A stretch of 64,000 nt of DNA from Phyllobates terribilis (lineage: Eukaryota): contig NW_027362765.1 in assembly GCF_046119375.1 (NCBI RefSeq), positions 174,654,001-174,718,000 on the forward strand, read 5' to 3'. Positions 35,246 through 50,568 of this stretch are shown here, piece after piece. The notes beneath the pieces were generated by a model. The model searched no databases and was not told the DNA's origin. It was given only the letters and a program-made list of their open reading frames with translations. Numbering within the stretch: position 1 is the first letter of the stretch; the number at the start of each line of letters is the position of its first letter. A program made the position numbers and the translations under genes.

Positions 35246-36149
35246 ATCTCGATGGTCCAGATGGATGGAGTGGAGGATGGCTGGTTGATTGACACCCCAT
35301 GCAAACACGGCTACGGCGCTAACAAAGAGGAGGTGGAGTAATGTTTTGGGCTAGAATCATGGGGAGAGAGATTGTCGGCCCTTTTAGGATCACTGAAGGG
35401 GTAAAGATGAACTCCATAATGTATGTTGAGTTTCTCAAACAGCACTTCCTTCTATGGTTCAAGAAAAGAACCGTGCATTCCGCAGCAAGATCATTTTCAT
35501 GCATGATAATGCCCCGTCTCATGCTGCACATAACACATCTGCATCTCTGGCTGTTATGGGCATAAAAGGGGACAAACTTATGGTGTGGCACCCATGCTCC
35601 CCTGACCTCAACCCCATTGAGAACCTCTGGAGCATCATCAAAAAGAGTGTCTATGATGGCGGGAGGCAGTTCACATCTAAGCAACAGCTCTGGGAGGGTA
35701 TTCTGTCCTCATGCAAAACAACTGAAGCAGAAACCATCCAAAACCTGACAAATTCAATGAATGAGAGAGTTCAGAAGCTCCTTTCGAACAAGGGGTCCTG
35801 TGTGCAAATGTAACATCACCTAGAATAAAGTTTTGAGTTGAAAACTGTTTGATTTCAGTTTGTAATAACCTGCTAATGCTTATAATTTCAAAAATGACCA
35901 TTTTTTTGTTCTTTATTAAAATGAAAAGGTTGAAAACTCTGCTGTGCATAATAATTTGGAACATGCATTTTGAGTGCAGTTTGAGTTTATTTTTTAAAAA
36001 ATATACTGTTATCATAGGCAATTTGTACAAAAACCTTTCAATTGTACTCTAATAGTTATTTGACTGGAAAATTACAATGACTGCAATTCATATAGGTAAT
36101 TTGGGAAAATCTGAGAAAATATTATTTGCATAATAATTTGAACACGGTG
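35246..36149 (+). mobile_element. 3' half of a Tc1-like transposon with DD37E spacing, inside the DIRS element
   Basis: DGPDGW, GGGVMFW, HDNAPSH-(37 aa)-E in PDLNPIE; right TIR ...TAATTTGAACACGGTG followed by TA at 36150-36151; frameshifted. Confidence 0.82.
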
Positions 36150-36416
36150 TAGTTGCCTTCTTCTAGGCATGGTTATGTTATGCATGTTACATTCCTCCTA
36201 ATGCTTTTGCACAACATTGGAGAAGGCTGACGCCGTCCAGGGCTGTATACTGCAGAGGAAGAGCCACAGTTAATCTTTTTCAGATTAAGCATAGTGTCGC
36301 CTCCTAGTGGACAGCAGCATAACACCCATGGTCCTGTGTCCCCCAATTAGAGGCTAAGAGAAAGATTTTACGGTGAGTACACAAAAATCTCCTTTTTGGA
36401 TTTTTTTTTTTCACCA

Positions 36417-36454
<38 letters not shown>

Positions 36455-36854
36455 CTATACATGTTTGGTATCTGCGAACTTGTAATGACCTGGAGAATCA
36501 TAATGGTAGATCAGTTTTAGCATGTAGTGAACATTGCAAAAATAAAAATTGGAATTGCTTTTCTTTTTTGCAGTTTCACTACACTTAGAATTTGTTCCTC
36601 TCTTCCTGTACACTATATGGTAAAATCAATGGCGTCATTAAAAAGTACAACTCGTCCTGCAAAAAAACAAAAGTCCTCACATGGCCATATTGACGGAAAA
36701 ATAAAAAGTTATGACTGGGAAGAAAGAACAAACGCAAAAATCGCAAGGTGGTGAAGGGGTTAAATGAACTGAACAGGAGACAGGCTGGTATGCAGGGTCT
36801 GTGTTAGGGGGGAGGGAGAGAAAACTTAGCAATTTCTCAGAGCCTCCACTCTTA

Positions 36855-37817
36855 GGCCATGTGCCCACATAGCTTTTTTTGTAGCGTTTTTACGGCTGCG
36901 AAAACGCTTGTAAAACAGTCTGCTATGCAAAGCAATGTGAATTCGGATGTGCTGTGAACATGATGCGCTAATTTGCACGCCAAATTCACATTGCGTTGCA
37001 AGACGCAGCATGACAATTTCTACCGCGATTACGCTGCAAATTCGCGGCCATTGAGGAACACTAAAATGCAGCAAACCCGCAGGTATATGTGGCTTTGCTG
37101 CGTTTCAATTAAAGTCCATGGCCGCGAATTTGCAGCGTAATCGCGGTGCGTGTGGTACCCGGGATGAAGAGGAGACTACAACTCCTCTTCATCCCGGCTA
37201 CCATGCGGCGAAAAAAAAAGAAATAAAGTTAAAAATAAACAAAACCTGTATATTCACCTCTCCGGCGGCCCCCGGTCTGCTCCCGGCCGCGTCCTCTCTC
37301 CTTGGCGTCCCGCAGTGTACTGTCAGGACCTGCGGTGATGTCATTTAGTCACCTGATGGTCACGCGACCGCTGACGTCAGCGGTCAGGTGATGGTCGCGT
37401 GACCATCAGCTGACTAAATGACATCACCGCAGGTCCTGACAGTACACTGCGGGACGCCGAAGAGAGAGGATCGCAGGATCGCCGCTGGGAGCAGACTGGA
37501 AGAGACCGGAGAGGTGAGTATACAAGTTTTTTTTATTTATTTTTTTTTTTTTTAACTATAGATGCAGCATTTAAAGCATCAGTTATTCACACATTATAAA
37601 TCCATGCCGGTTGCATGGATTTCTATTGTGTGACCAACTTGTCAAGCACTTTTCCAAGTGACGCTCAAAATCGCTTGGAAAATCGCTTGAAAAAACGCAT
37701 GTAAAAACGCTGAAAAAACGCTTCTGGCAGAAAAAAGGCATGTAAATCTGCATGTGTTTTTTTCTGCCAGAGAGGCAAAAACGCTCTGCATCAAATCTGC
37801 TACGTGGGCACATAGCC
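36855..37817. mobile_element. Non-autonomous TIR element (Harbinger-like MITE, TIR GGCYATGTGCCCAC) with a large internal hairpin
   Basis: TIRs GGCCATGTGCCCAC / GTGGGCACATAGCC; internal 66-bp stem 37304-37369 / 37393-37458. Confidence 0.7.
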
Positions 37818-38122
37818 GTAGGGGCCCCCACTATTTTATTCCGAGTTGTAAGATCCCTAATTTATTAAGTGGTGTGCGTCTTTTAACGAATTAGATGCAT
37901 CTTACTCCAGCGGTCCCGTTCATTAAGACGTGCCTGCACAACACCAATCTTGTTTAATGATTCAGGGCCATTGTTCTCGTTAGCACATTGCCTCGTGTAA
38001 ACAGGCGATGTGCTGCCGATAACATATGTATTGGGACAGAATGATTTATTATTTACCATTCTAACCCCATTGTTCATCAGTGTGTGTAAAGAGTAGATTG
38101 TTGTACATGGAAAAAGGAAATA

Positions 38123-40100
38123 CAGGTGCATCTCACTAAATTAGAATATCATCAAAAAGTTAATTTATTTCAGTTCTTCAATACGAAAAGTGAAACTCAT
38201 ATTTCTGTAAGGCTATGTGCCCACAATGCAGAAATGCTGCGGATTTTTCCTGAGCGTTTCTGCATCTCCCTGGCAGAAAAAGTGCATGCGGATTTTACTG
38301 GCATTTTTTTTTGTGCCAGGTAGAAGCGTAAGTGAAGCGTTTTGAACATGCAATTTCGCATGCGGGTTGTCAAGCGCTTTCAGCATCACTTGGAAAAGTG
38401 CTTGACAACTTGGTCACACTATATAAATCCATGCAACCGGCATGGATTTATATAGTTTGACCAAGTTACGATGCAGCATCAATAGTAAAAAATAAATAAA
38501 TAAAAAACAAACATTATACTCCCCTTCAGATGGCCCCCGGTCTCAACAATGCATCCGGTATCTTCGGCAGCTCCCGGTGCTCTAAAAAGGACCTTCCATG
38601 ATGTAATTTAGTCATGTGATGGTCACGCGACTATCACCTGACCGCTGACATCAGCAGTCACATGACTAAATGACGTCACAGAAGGTCCTTGCAGACCACC
38701 GCTGGAAGCCAAGGAGACAGCAGCGCCGCTCAGAGGAGACCGGGGGGCGCTGGAAAGGTGAGTTTTTTTTTTTTTTTTTAAATTCTTTAACTACAGGTAC
38801 TCTGGTACCCGGGTCTGAAGGGGAGTCTCCTCTTCTCCAGACCCGGGTACAATCCGCGCATTGAACTGCATAATATCCGCATGTGCACGTGTAGTCATGC
38901 GGTCCAATGCAAGTCAATGGTGGCAAGTTCACCGCAATTCCGCAAAATTAATGGTAGTACTGCGGATTTTTCTGCAATGATAATCTGCAGCATGTGTACG
39001 GCCCATGTGGATTATCACTGGGGAATATTGCAGACCTTCTACCAATCGTTTAAGCGGCGGAATTGCCACTGCGGAAACGCTTAAAAAACGCATAGTGGGC
39101 ACACAGCCTTAATGTTGATGATTATGGCTTACAGTCATTATCTCAGTAAATTAGAATACTGTATAACAGCAGCTTGAAAATCTGTTTTTAAAAGCCGAAA
39201 TGTTGGTCTACTGAAATGTATGTTCAGTAAATGCACTCAATATTTGGACGGGGCTCCTTTTGCATCAATTACTGCACACCTGTGGATGTATTTTAATGCA
39301 CACCTGAAACTCACTGCTTCTTTGTGTAGCATCATGGGAAAGTCTAAAGAAATCAGCCAAGATGAGATTTGTGGACTTGCACAAGTCTGGCTCATCCTTG
39401 TGTACAATTTCAAGATACCTGAAGGGGCCTCGTTCATCTGTACAAACAATTATACGCAAGTAAAAACAAGATGGGAATGTCCAGCCATTATATCGCTCAG
39501 GAAGGAGATGGGTTCTGTTTTCCCAGAGATGAACGTGCTTTGGTCCGACATGTGCATATCAACCCAAGGACAAAAGCAAAAGACCTTGTGAAGATGGTGG
39601 TAGCTGGTAAGATTGTGGCAATATCCACAGTGAAAAGAGTACTGTATCAACATAGGCTGAAAGGCCACTCTGCCAGGAAGAAGCCATTACTCCAAAATAA
39701 ACAAAAAAGGCAGATTGTTTGCAAATGCACACGGGAACAAAGACCTTATTTTTGGAGACATGTCCTGAGGTTTGATGAAACTAAAATTGAACTTTTTGGG
39801 CATAATGACCACTGTTATGTTTTGGAGGAAAAAGGGAGAAGTTTAGAAGCCTAAGACCACCAACCCAACTGTGAAACACGGGGGTGGCAACATCATGTTG
39901 TGGGGTTGTTTTGCTGCCGGAGGGACTGGTTCACTTCTCAAAATAGATGGCATCATAAGAAAAGATTATGTGGCAATACTGAAGCAACATCTCAAGACAT
40001 CAGCCAGGAAGTTAAAGCTTGGGCGGAAATGGGTCTTCCAAGTGGACAATGACCCGAAGCATACTGCCAAAATGGTAACAAAGTGGCTTAAGCAGTGCTG
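38123..40100 (+). mobile_element. Degenerate, chimeric Tc1-like remnants interrupted by a MITE
   Basis: TA-CAGGTGCATCTCACTAAATTAG TIR at 38121; broken transposase fragments ([39 protein letters not shown]). Confidence 0.75.
38211..39108. mobile_element. Second copy of the same Harbinger-like MITE family, opposite orientation
   Basis: TIRs GGCTATGTGCCCAC / GTGGGCACACAGCC with TAA/TTA flanks; internal sequence is the reverse complement of 37330-37800. Confidence 0.72.
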
Positions 40101-41147
40101 TGGAGTCAGTAAGCCAAACCTCCGACTCCTCAATTTCCATGACACCAACTCACACTCCCTCATACATGGCTCATGTTTAAGTGATAAATTTACTGTGGCA
40201 CAGATTCATTTCAGCTAAAAGTCTAGACCCTTAGATCAGGAATAGGACAGACATTTATAGGACATTATAAGCCAACAGATGAGTGGGACATGCAGGACAA
40301 TCACTCCAGTGAAACAGAAGGCCGTGATCAGCAGCCTGTCATGTAAATCTGACAACTTGTGTATACGGTTTATATATGGATTTTGCTCTTAATGAAATAT
40401 TTTTTGTTATCCAGATGTGCCGTGGTTTGTCAGTATGTTATAATACTTTGCTTTTGGAGCCTATAGAAACACCATTTACACACTGACAAAAGCATGTTGG
40501 GAACAAAGTGGTAATTTACAGAGAAGGGCCATGTTAGCAGCCAGTTTGTGCTTTCTCCAATTCAGCAACTTTGCAAATACGCTCTAGGTTGCTCCATTGG
40601 TGGACACAACCAGATGTCGGCTGCTGCCACTAGGAGACTGACATCGGAAAAAAAAAAAGTTGGCCCCTGCCGCAGCTTTGCATATACTCTATAACCCTTT
40701 CACAACATTATCATTTTTTTAATTCCTACCTTCCAAGAGCCACAATGTTTGCCTTTTTGTTTTGTGTGACTTTTTTCATTTTTACAGTTACATCCCAAAA
40801 CAAGGTTGATAGGATTAGAGATATTTCGGCTTCACCATCAACAGTTGCTGGTGAGTGTCAGGTGTCCAATAGCCAGCACCCGCTTGGTATCACTGGTCGC
40901 CGCTCCTGAGCCAGTTCCATACAACTGCTTCCAATATATAGAGTTTGGATGTTGGCAAATGGTTCCTTAAAAAATGTCCATAGTTTTGTGTCTGCAGCTT
41001 CTATATAGGCCTATGTTTCCATTGTAACAAACTGTATACTCTGGTCTATCACTGTTTTCATCTGTTACCCTATAAATTGGCCAGACAGTACAAAATATGA
41101 CAGCAGGACCAAAGTTAGTCAGTCGCCCAAGACCATGCCAACCTGTA

Positions 41148-42787
<1,640 letters not shown>

Positions 42788-42929
42788 TAGGTCTGAATTT
42801 GCACAGTTGCATTATTATGCCAAAGCATGTACAGTAAAGCCGAGGTAGAGACCCCTTTCCTTTGTATATTCTGAAGCTACAATTACTACCAAGTAACAAA
42901 AAAGACAAATATTTTATAAATCTAAAAGT

Positions 42930-42935
42930 TTTATT
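42930..42935 (-). terminator. Candidate CBX1 polyadenylation signal (AATAAA on - strand)
   Basis: TTTATT on + about 0.8 kb past the CBX1 stop, just before the Tc1 insertion. Confidence 0.45.
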
Positions 42936-43727
42936 AGGGTGACTGACAAAATGCTGCCTAAAATTTACTTTACATATGAGAGTTTTCACAGAACCTAAAA
43001 ACACATGCTATTGTAAGAAACAAAAACCTACAAAATGACAGGTTTAGACAATAAAACTGCAGAGAAGTTCTTATGTAGCCATATCTTAAAGATTGGTTAC
43101 ATAAGGCTTCCTACTCAAGAGGTTAAGAGAAGAAAAAAAAATTCATAAAAAGTTTCACATGAACAGCACCGTCTTCCCAGTAACCGTTTAGAAATTCACA
43201 AGTTGCCCATCCCATAAAATGGACCTTCAATTTCATACAAATAGATGTCGGAATGTGTCACTATTCCCATCTATTAGGTAGCACGTCATCTTGTAGGGTC
43301 CTTGGAGCTGCATGAAGGGTGGCAAAGACGAAGCCCCCTGAAAGCAGCCAAACACTGAACAGGTGACGACAACACAAAACTCATCTTCGTTTTTTGGTGA
43401 CTGGTTTTCTCTCCTTTGTCCAAAGAGTAAAATTTAAAAAAATAAAATAAAATAGTACCACCCACCATGTAAACCCCCAATGTCTTTCTTTTTCTGACAG
43501 ACATCACTAATAGCCAAACAATACATGCTACTCGATAAGAATGCAGAGTTTGTAACACTAGTGGGAAAGAGGAGGAGCAGGGGTTAGGGTGCAGAATCTC
43601 CTGCGCTCTACAATGCAAACACCTTCTTTGGCTGCAGGAAAAACTGAATCCTGTAGCTGTCCTCCCTCCCCCTCCCCACTATGCCATAGGCCCCACCATC
43701 CATTGTTAATAACCGCTTTATCTGGCT

Positions 43728-44115
<388 letters not shown>

Positions 44116-44510
44116 CTAAATATTGTTCTTGCAAATTAAAGGGAACCTGTCATATCGAAAAGCGCTATGTGTCTGCAAATATAGTGTTAATCTTCAGGTA
44201 AATTGCATTAAATCATACCTGGCTGGCTTACCAGGGAAAAAATTAAGATTTATTCTCCCTGCAGCCAGTTGTTTCCAGTCATCAGGGTTATGCACGGAGC
44301 TGTAACAGTCACTGCTCATCCACAGTGAGCGCTGTAATCACTCCCTGGCACGTTGACTGACAGACTGCACTGCAGTGTATGTGTGTGTAAAGCAGGATGT
44401 GCTGGTAAAAGATTACAGCCACTACCTGTATAGTGATCAGTGACCAACGCCTCAATGCACCGCCCCAAGTGAATGGGAGCAAGCGGCTACAACTTCATTT
44501 TCTCCCTTAA

Positions 44511-44868
44511 AGAAGTTGTCCACTACTTTGACAATGATGCCCTAGGATAGGGCATCAGCATCAGTGTACGATCGGCCGGGGTCCCGCACGCGGCACACCC
44601 GATCAGCTGTTATCGGTGTCCCGGCCGGAAGTCCTTACTTGCAATGCTTTGCCGTCCATTTGTAGTGGCCGCCGCAGGGTACTGCACATCTGCTTCCCAT
44701 TCAGTTGAATGGGAGGCTGATGTGCAGTAACAAGCGCCGGCCACTACAACTTGACGGCCAGGCACCGCAGGTAAGGACTTCCGGCCGGCGGCACCGATAA
44801 CAGCTGATTGGCAGGGGTGCCGCGTGCGGGACCCCGGCCGATCATACACTGAGTAGTGGACAACTTCT
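44511..44868. mobile_element. TTAA-flanked MITE (T2/Kolobok-like)
   Basis: Perfect 17-bp TIR AGAAGTTGTCCACTACT; TTAA at 44507-10 and 44869-72. Confidence 0.8.
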
Positions 44869-45530
44869 TTAACCCCTTCCCAACATGATACGTACTAATA
44901 CGTATCTGTGCCCTGGGCCTTATGGACCAGATACGTATTAGTATGCATACAGCTTGTGTGCGGGCGGAATCGCCACCGGGTGTCAGCTGATTACAGCTGA
45001 CACCCGGTGCTATTAATCCTCGAAATGGTGCGATCAAAGTCGATTGCAGCATTTTGGTGGCAAGAGGAGGTAAGCACCGGTACTCACCTCCTCTCCGGCA
45101 TCCTGCGGTGTCTGTGGCTGGGTCCCGTGGTTGTCATGTGACCCAGATGTAGTCATGACGACATCCAGGTCACCTGACACATGGAAGATACTTTGATCAT
45201 GCGCAGTGCACAATCACAGTAACTTCTCCCTCTGCAGCTGTGACAGCCTGTATAGCACAGGGATGCTGCTGCATTCCTGTGCTATACAGGAGATCAAAAT
45301 GCAAAAAGTGAAAGTCCCATAGTAGGACAAAATGTAAAAGTTAAAGAATCAGAAAGTGGAAAAAAAATTGTAAAAATATAAAAAAAATGAAAAAAATAAA
45401 CCCCAAAACATAAAAATATATTGTACCCATCAATAAATAGTATTATAAAAGTACACATATTTGGTATCGCCGCATCTGGAATGACCAGACCTATAAAACT
45501 GTCCCTCTAGTTAACCCCTTTAGTGAACAC

Positions 45531-45565
<35 letters not shown>

Positions 45566-46089
45566 AAAAACAATACTTTATCATCATACCGCCAAACAAA
45601 AAATGGAATAAAACGCGATCAAAAATACAAATGTAAATAAAAATGGTACCGCTGAAAAAGTCATCTTATCACACAAAAAAATAGCCGCCATACAGCTCCA
45701 TCAGCCAAAAAATAAAAAAATTCTAGCTGTCAGAATAAAGCGATGCAAAATATTTTTTTCTATAAAATAGTTTACATTGTTCAAAAGTGCCAAAACGCAA
45801 AAAACACGATATAAATGCGGTACCGCTATAAACGTACTGACCCGAAGAATAAAGCTGCCTTATCAATTTTACCACACGCAGAACGGGAAAAAAAAACAAA
45901 AACAAGCTGTCACATGACTGTCGGCCGAAACATAGAAAAATTATAGCTCAAAATATGGCGATGCAAAAAATAATCTTTGCAAAAAAAAAAAGTGTCTTTT
46001 AGTGTGTGACAGCTGTCAATCATAAAAACCCGATATCTGGTATCGCTGTAATCGCACCCACCCGAAGAATAAAGTCGTCTAATCACTTA

Positions 46090-49000
46090 CCGTATTTTTC
46101 GGACTAGAAGACGCCCCGGACCATAAGACACACCTAGGTTTTAGAGGAGGGAAATAGGAAAAAAAATATTTAAGCAAAAAATGTGGTCATGATGTCCTGT
46201 TCTAGGGGAGGGAGTCTACCCGAATACCATTGTCAGCAGCAATGTCCTCCCAATTCTGTTAATATCCTCCATCTTGGTATGCATGGCACCCTTTGAGACC
46301 CCTCCCCCCCCCCCCCCAATCCTGGTATGCGTGGCACCCCTTGAGGCCCCCCCCCAATCCTGGTATGCGTGGCACCCCTTGAGGCCCCTCCCCCCAATCC
46401 TGGTATGCGTGGCACCCCTTGAGGCCCCCCCCCCAATCCTGGTATGCGTGGCACCCCTTGAGGCCCCCCCCCAATCCTGGTATGCGTGGCACCCCTTGAG
46501 GCCCCCCCCCCCAATCCTGGTATGCGTGGCACCCCTTGAGGCCCCCCCCCCAATCCTGGTATGCGTGGCACCCCTTGAGGCCCCCCCCCCAATCCTGGTA
46601 TGCGTGGCACCCCTTGAGGCCCCCCCCCCAATCCTGGTATGCGTGGCACCCCTTGAGGCCCCCCCCCAATCCTGGTATGCGTGGCACCCCTTGAGGCCCC
46701 CCCCCAATCCTGGTATGCGTGGCACCCCTTGAGGCCCCCCCCCCCAATCCTGGTATGTGTGGCACCCCTTGAGGCCCCCCCCCCAATCCTGGTATGCGTG
46801 GCACCCCTTGAGGCCCCCCCCCCAATCCTGGTATGCGTGGCACCCCTTGAGGCCCCCCCCCCAATCCTGGTATGCGTGGCACCCCTTGAGGCCCCCCCCC
46901 AATCCTGGTATGCGTGGCACCCCTTGAGGCCCCCCCCCCAATCCTGGTATGCGTGGCACCCCTTGAGGCCCCCCCCCCAATCCTGGTATGCGTGGCACCC
47001 CTTGAGGCCCCCCCCCCCAATCCTGGTATGCGTGGCACCCCTTGAGGCCCCCCCCCCAATCCTGGTATGCGTGGCACCCCTTGAGGCCCCCCCCCAATCC
47101 TGGTATGCGTGGCACCCCTTGAGGCCCCCCCCCCCAATCCTGGTATGCGTGGCACCCCTTGAGGCCCCCCCCCCAATCCTGGTATGCGTGGCACCCCTTG
47201 AGGCCCCCCCCCCAATCCTGGTATGCGTGGCACCCCTTGAGGCCCCCCCCCCAATCCTGGTATGCGTGGCACCCCTTGAGGCCCCCCCCCAATCCTGGTA
47301 TGCGTGGCACCCCTTGAGCCCAGCCCCCCAATCCTGGTATGCGTGGCACCCCTTGAGGCCAGCCCCCCAATCCTGGTATGCGTGGCACCCCTTGAGGCCA
47401 GCCCCCCAATCCTGGTATGCGTGGCACCCCTTGAGGCCAGCCCCCCAATCCTGGTATGCGTGGCACCCCTTGAGGCCAGCCCCCCAATCCTGGTATGCGT
47501 GGCACCCCTTGAGGCCAGCCCCCCAATCCTGGTATGCGTGGCACCCCTTGAGGCCAGCCCCCCAATCCTGGTATGCGTGGCACCCCTTGAGGCCAGCCCC
47601 CCAATCCTGGTATGCGTGGCACCCCTTGAGCCCAGCCCCCCAATCCTGGTATGCGTGGCACCCCTTGAGCCCAGCCCCCCAATCCTGGTATGCGTGGCAC
47701 CCCTTGAGCCCAGCCCCCCAATCCTGGTATGCGTGGCACCCCTTGAGCCCAGCCCCCCAATCCTGGTATGCGTGGCACCCCTTGAGCCCAGCCCCCCAAT
47801 CCTGGTATGCGTGGCACCCCTTGAGCCCAGCCCCCCAATCCTGGTATGCGTGGCACCCCTTGAGCCCAGCCCCCCAATCCTGGTATGCGTGGCACCCCTT
47901 GAGCCCAGCCCCCCAATCCTGGTATGCGTGGCACCCCTTGAGCCCAGCCCCCCAATCCTGGTATGCGTGGCACCCCTTGAGCCCAGCCCCCCAATCCTGG
48001 TATGCGTGGCACCCCTTGAGCCCAGCCCCCCAATCCTGGTATGCGTGGCACCCCTTGAGCCCAGCCCCCCAATCCTGGTATGCGTGGCACCCCTTGAGCC
48101 CAGCCCCCCAATCCTGGTATGCGTGGCACCCCTTGAGCCCAGCCCCCCAATCCTGGTATGCGTGGCACCCCTTGAGCCCAGCCCCCCAGTCCTGGTATGC
48201 GTGGCACCCCTTGAGCCCCCCCCCCAGTCCTGGTATGCGTGGCACCCCTTGAGCCCCCCCCCCCAGTCCTGGTATGCGTGGCACCCCTTGAGCCCCCCCC
48301 CCCCAGTCCTGGTATGCGTGGCACCCCTTGAGCCCCCCCCAGTCCTGGTATGCGTGGCACCCCTTGAGCCCCCCCCAGTCCTGGTATGCGTGGCACCCCT
48401 TGAGCCCCCCCCAGTCCTGGTATGCGTGGCACCCCTTGAGCCCCCCCCCCAGTCCTGGTATGCGTGGCACCCCTTGAGCCCCCCCCAGTCCTGGTATGCG
48501 TGGCACCCCTTGAGCCCCCCCAATCCTGGTATGCGTGGCACCCCTTGAGCCCCCCCAATCCTGGTATGCGTGGCACCCCTTAAGCTCCCCCCCATCCTGG
48601 TATGCGTGGCACCCCTTAAGCTCCCCCCCCCCCCATCCTGGTATGCGTGGCACCCCTTAAGCTCCCCCCCCCCAATCCTGGTATGCGTGGCACCCCTTGA
48701 GCCCAGCCCCCCAATCCTGGTATGCGTGGCACCCCTTGAGCCCAGCCCCCCAATCCTGGTATGCGTGGCACCCCTTGAGCCCAGCCCCCCAATCCTGGTA
48801 TGCGTGGCACCCCTTGAGCCCAGCCCCCCAATCCTGGTATGCGTGGCACCCCTTGAGCCCAGCCCCCCAATCCTGGTATGCGTGGCACCCCTTGAGCCCC
48901 CCCCCAGTCCTGGTATGCGTGGCACCCCTTGAGGCCCCCCCCCCCAGTCCTGGTATGCGTGGCACCCCTTGAGCCCCCCCCCCAGTCCTGGTATGCGTGG

Positions 49001-50568
49001 CACCCCTTGAGCCCCCCCCCCCAGTCCTGGTATGCGTGGCACCCCTTGAGCCCCCCCCAGTCCTGGTATGCGTGGCACCCCTTGAGCCCCCCCAGTCCTG
49101 GTATGCGTGGCACCCCTTGAGCCCCCCCCATCCTGGTATGCGTGGCACCCCTTTAGCCCCCCCAATCCTGGTATGCGTGGCACCCCTTAAGCTCCCCCCC
49201 ATCCTGGTATGCGTGGCACCCCTTTAGCCCCCCCAATCCTGGTATGCGTGGCACCCCTTAAGCTCCCCCCCATCCTGGTATGCGTGACACCCCTTGAGCC
49301 CCCCCCCCCCCAATCCTGGTATGCGTGGCAATTCGGTTAATATCCTCCATCCTGGTATGTATGGCACCCCTTGAGCCCCCCTTCACCCCCCAATCCTGGT
49401 ATGTGTGGCACCCCTTGAGCCCCCCCCAATCCTGGTATACGTGGCACCCCTTGAGCCCCCCCCCCCAATCCTGGTATACGTGGCACCCCTTGAGCCCCCA
49501 CCCCCAATCCTGGTATACGTGGCACCCCTTGAGCCCCCACCCCCAATCCTGGTATACGTGGCACCCCTTGAGCCCCCACCCCCAATCCTGGTATGCGTGG
49601 CACCCCTTGAGCCCCCACCCCCAATCCTGGTATGCGTGGCACCCCTTGAGCCCCCACCCCCAATCCTGGTATGCGTGGCACCCCTTGAGCCCCCACCCCC
49701 AATCCTGGTATGCGTGGCACCCCTTGAGCCCCCACCCCCAATCCTGGTATGCATGGCACCCCTTGAGCCCCCACCCCCAATCCTGGTATGCGTGGCACCC
49801 CTTGAGCCCCCACCCCCAATCCTGGTATGCATGGCATGCATTCTGTTAATATCCTCCATCCTCGTATGTATGGCCCCCATCCCATCTTGGCATGCATGGC
49901 ACCCCTTGAGCCCCCCTCCCCCCCCAATCCTGGTATGCGTGGCACCCCTTGAGCCCCCCTTCCCCCCCCATCCTGGTATGCGTGGCACCCCTTGAGCCCC
50001 TCTTCCCCCCAATCCTGGTATGTGTGGCATCCCTTGAGCCCCCCCCCCCCCCAATCCTGGTATGCGTGACACCCCTTGAGCCCCCACCAATCCTGGGATG
50101 CGTGGCACCCCTTGAGCCCCCACCAATCCTGGGATGCGTGGCACCCCTTGAGCCCCAACCCCCCCCCCCCCCCCCCACACACACACACAAAAAAAAAATT
50201 AAACAATCATACTCGCCTCCTCTCTCCTCAAGCGCTGTCCCGCTCTGCTGGTGACACTCTCACTGTGTGAGCCGCGCATGGCACGGCGCGCTCACAGTAC
50301 CGCAGCGAGGCTCCAGCGGTCAGTGTGCCTGCTATTAAAGACCATGGATATTCACTACAACCAGTGAATATTCATTTTCTTTAGTAGCGGGCACAGCACA
50401 GGCTGCAGCAGCCGGCTGCTGCCTCCTGTGCCCCGCTGATCCCCTAGACCTCCTACCACGCAGAGCCACAGTATATACAGGGAGATATAGTCCAAATACT
50501 AAGACGCACCCACCACTTTCCTTCAAAATTTGAGGAAAAAAGTGCGTCTTATAGTCCGAAAAATACAA
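46090..50568. mobile_element. Tc2/pogo-like MITE (TIR CCGTATTTTTCGGACTAKAAGACGC, TA TSD) inflated by a tandem array
   Basis: Left TIR at 46090 after TA; right TIR GCGTCTTATAGTCCGAAAAATACAA followed by TA at 50569-70; the flanks rejoin as host-element sequence. Confidence 0.78.
46270..50160. repeat. 37-40 bp minisatellite (CAATCCTGGTATGCGTGGCACCCCTTGAG plus a variable C-run), about 100 units
   Basis: Read directly; sub-arrays of variant units (GAGGCCCC, GAGGCCAGCC, GAGCCCAGCC, GAGCCCCCACC). Confidence 0.97.

Larger units (their letters stand above)
29762..36397 (+). mobile_element. Decayed DIRS1-like tyrosine-recombinase retrotransposon
   Basis: Inverted terminal repeats (about 29762-29910 and 36218-36350, e.g. 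GGGGGACACAGGACCATGGGTGTTATGCTGCTGTCCACTAGGAGGCGACACTATGC and its reverse complement); gag, RT/RH/MT and YR ORFs with lesions. Confidence 0.9.

Noticed and set aside
46216-50254. Very long Gly-rich or Pro-rich ORFs resembling collagen, silk or extensin
   Set aside because: Tandem array inside a MITE in CBX1 intron 3; all frames are open and shift at C-homopolymers.
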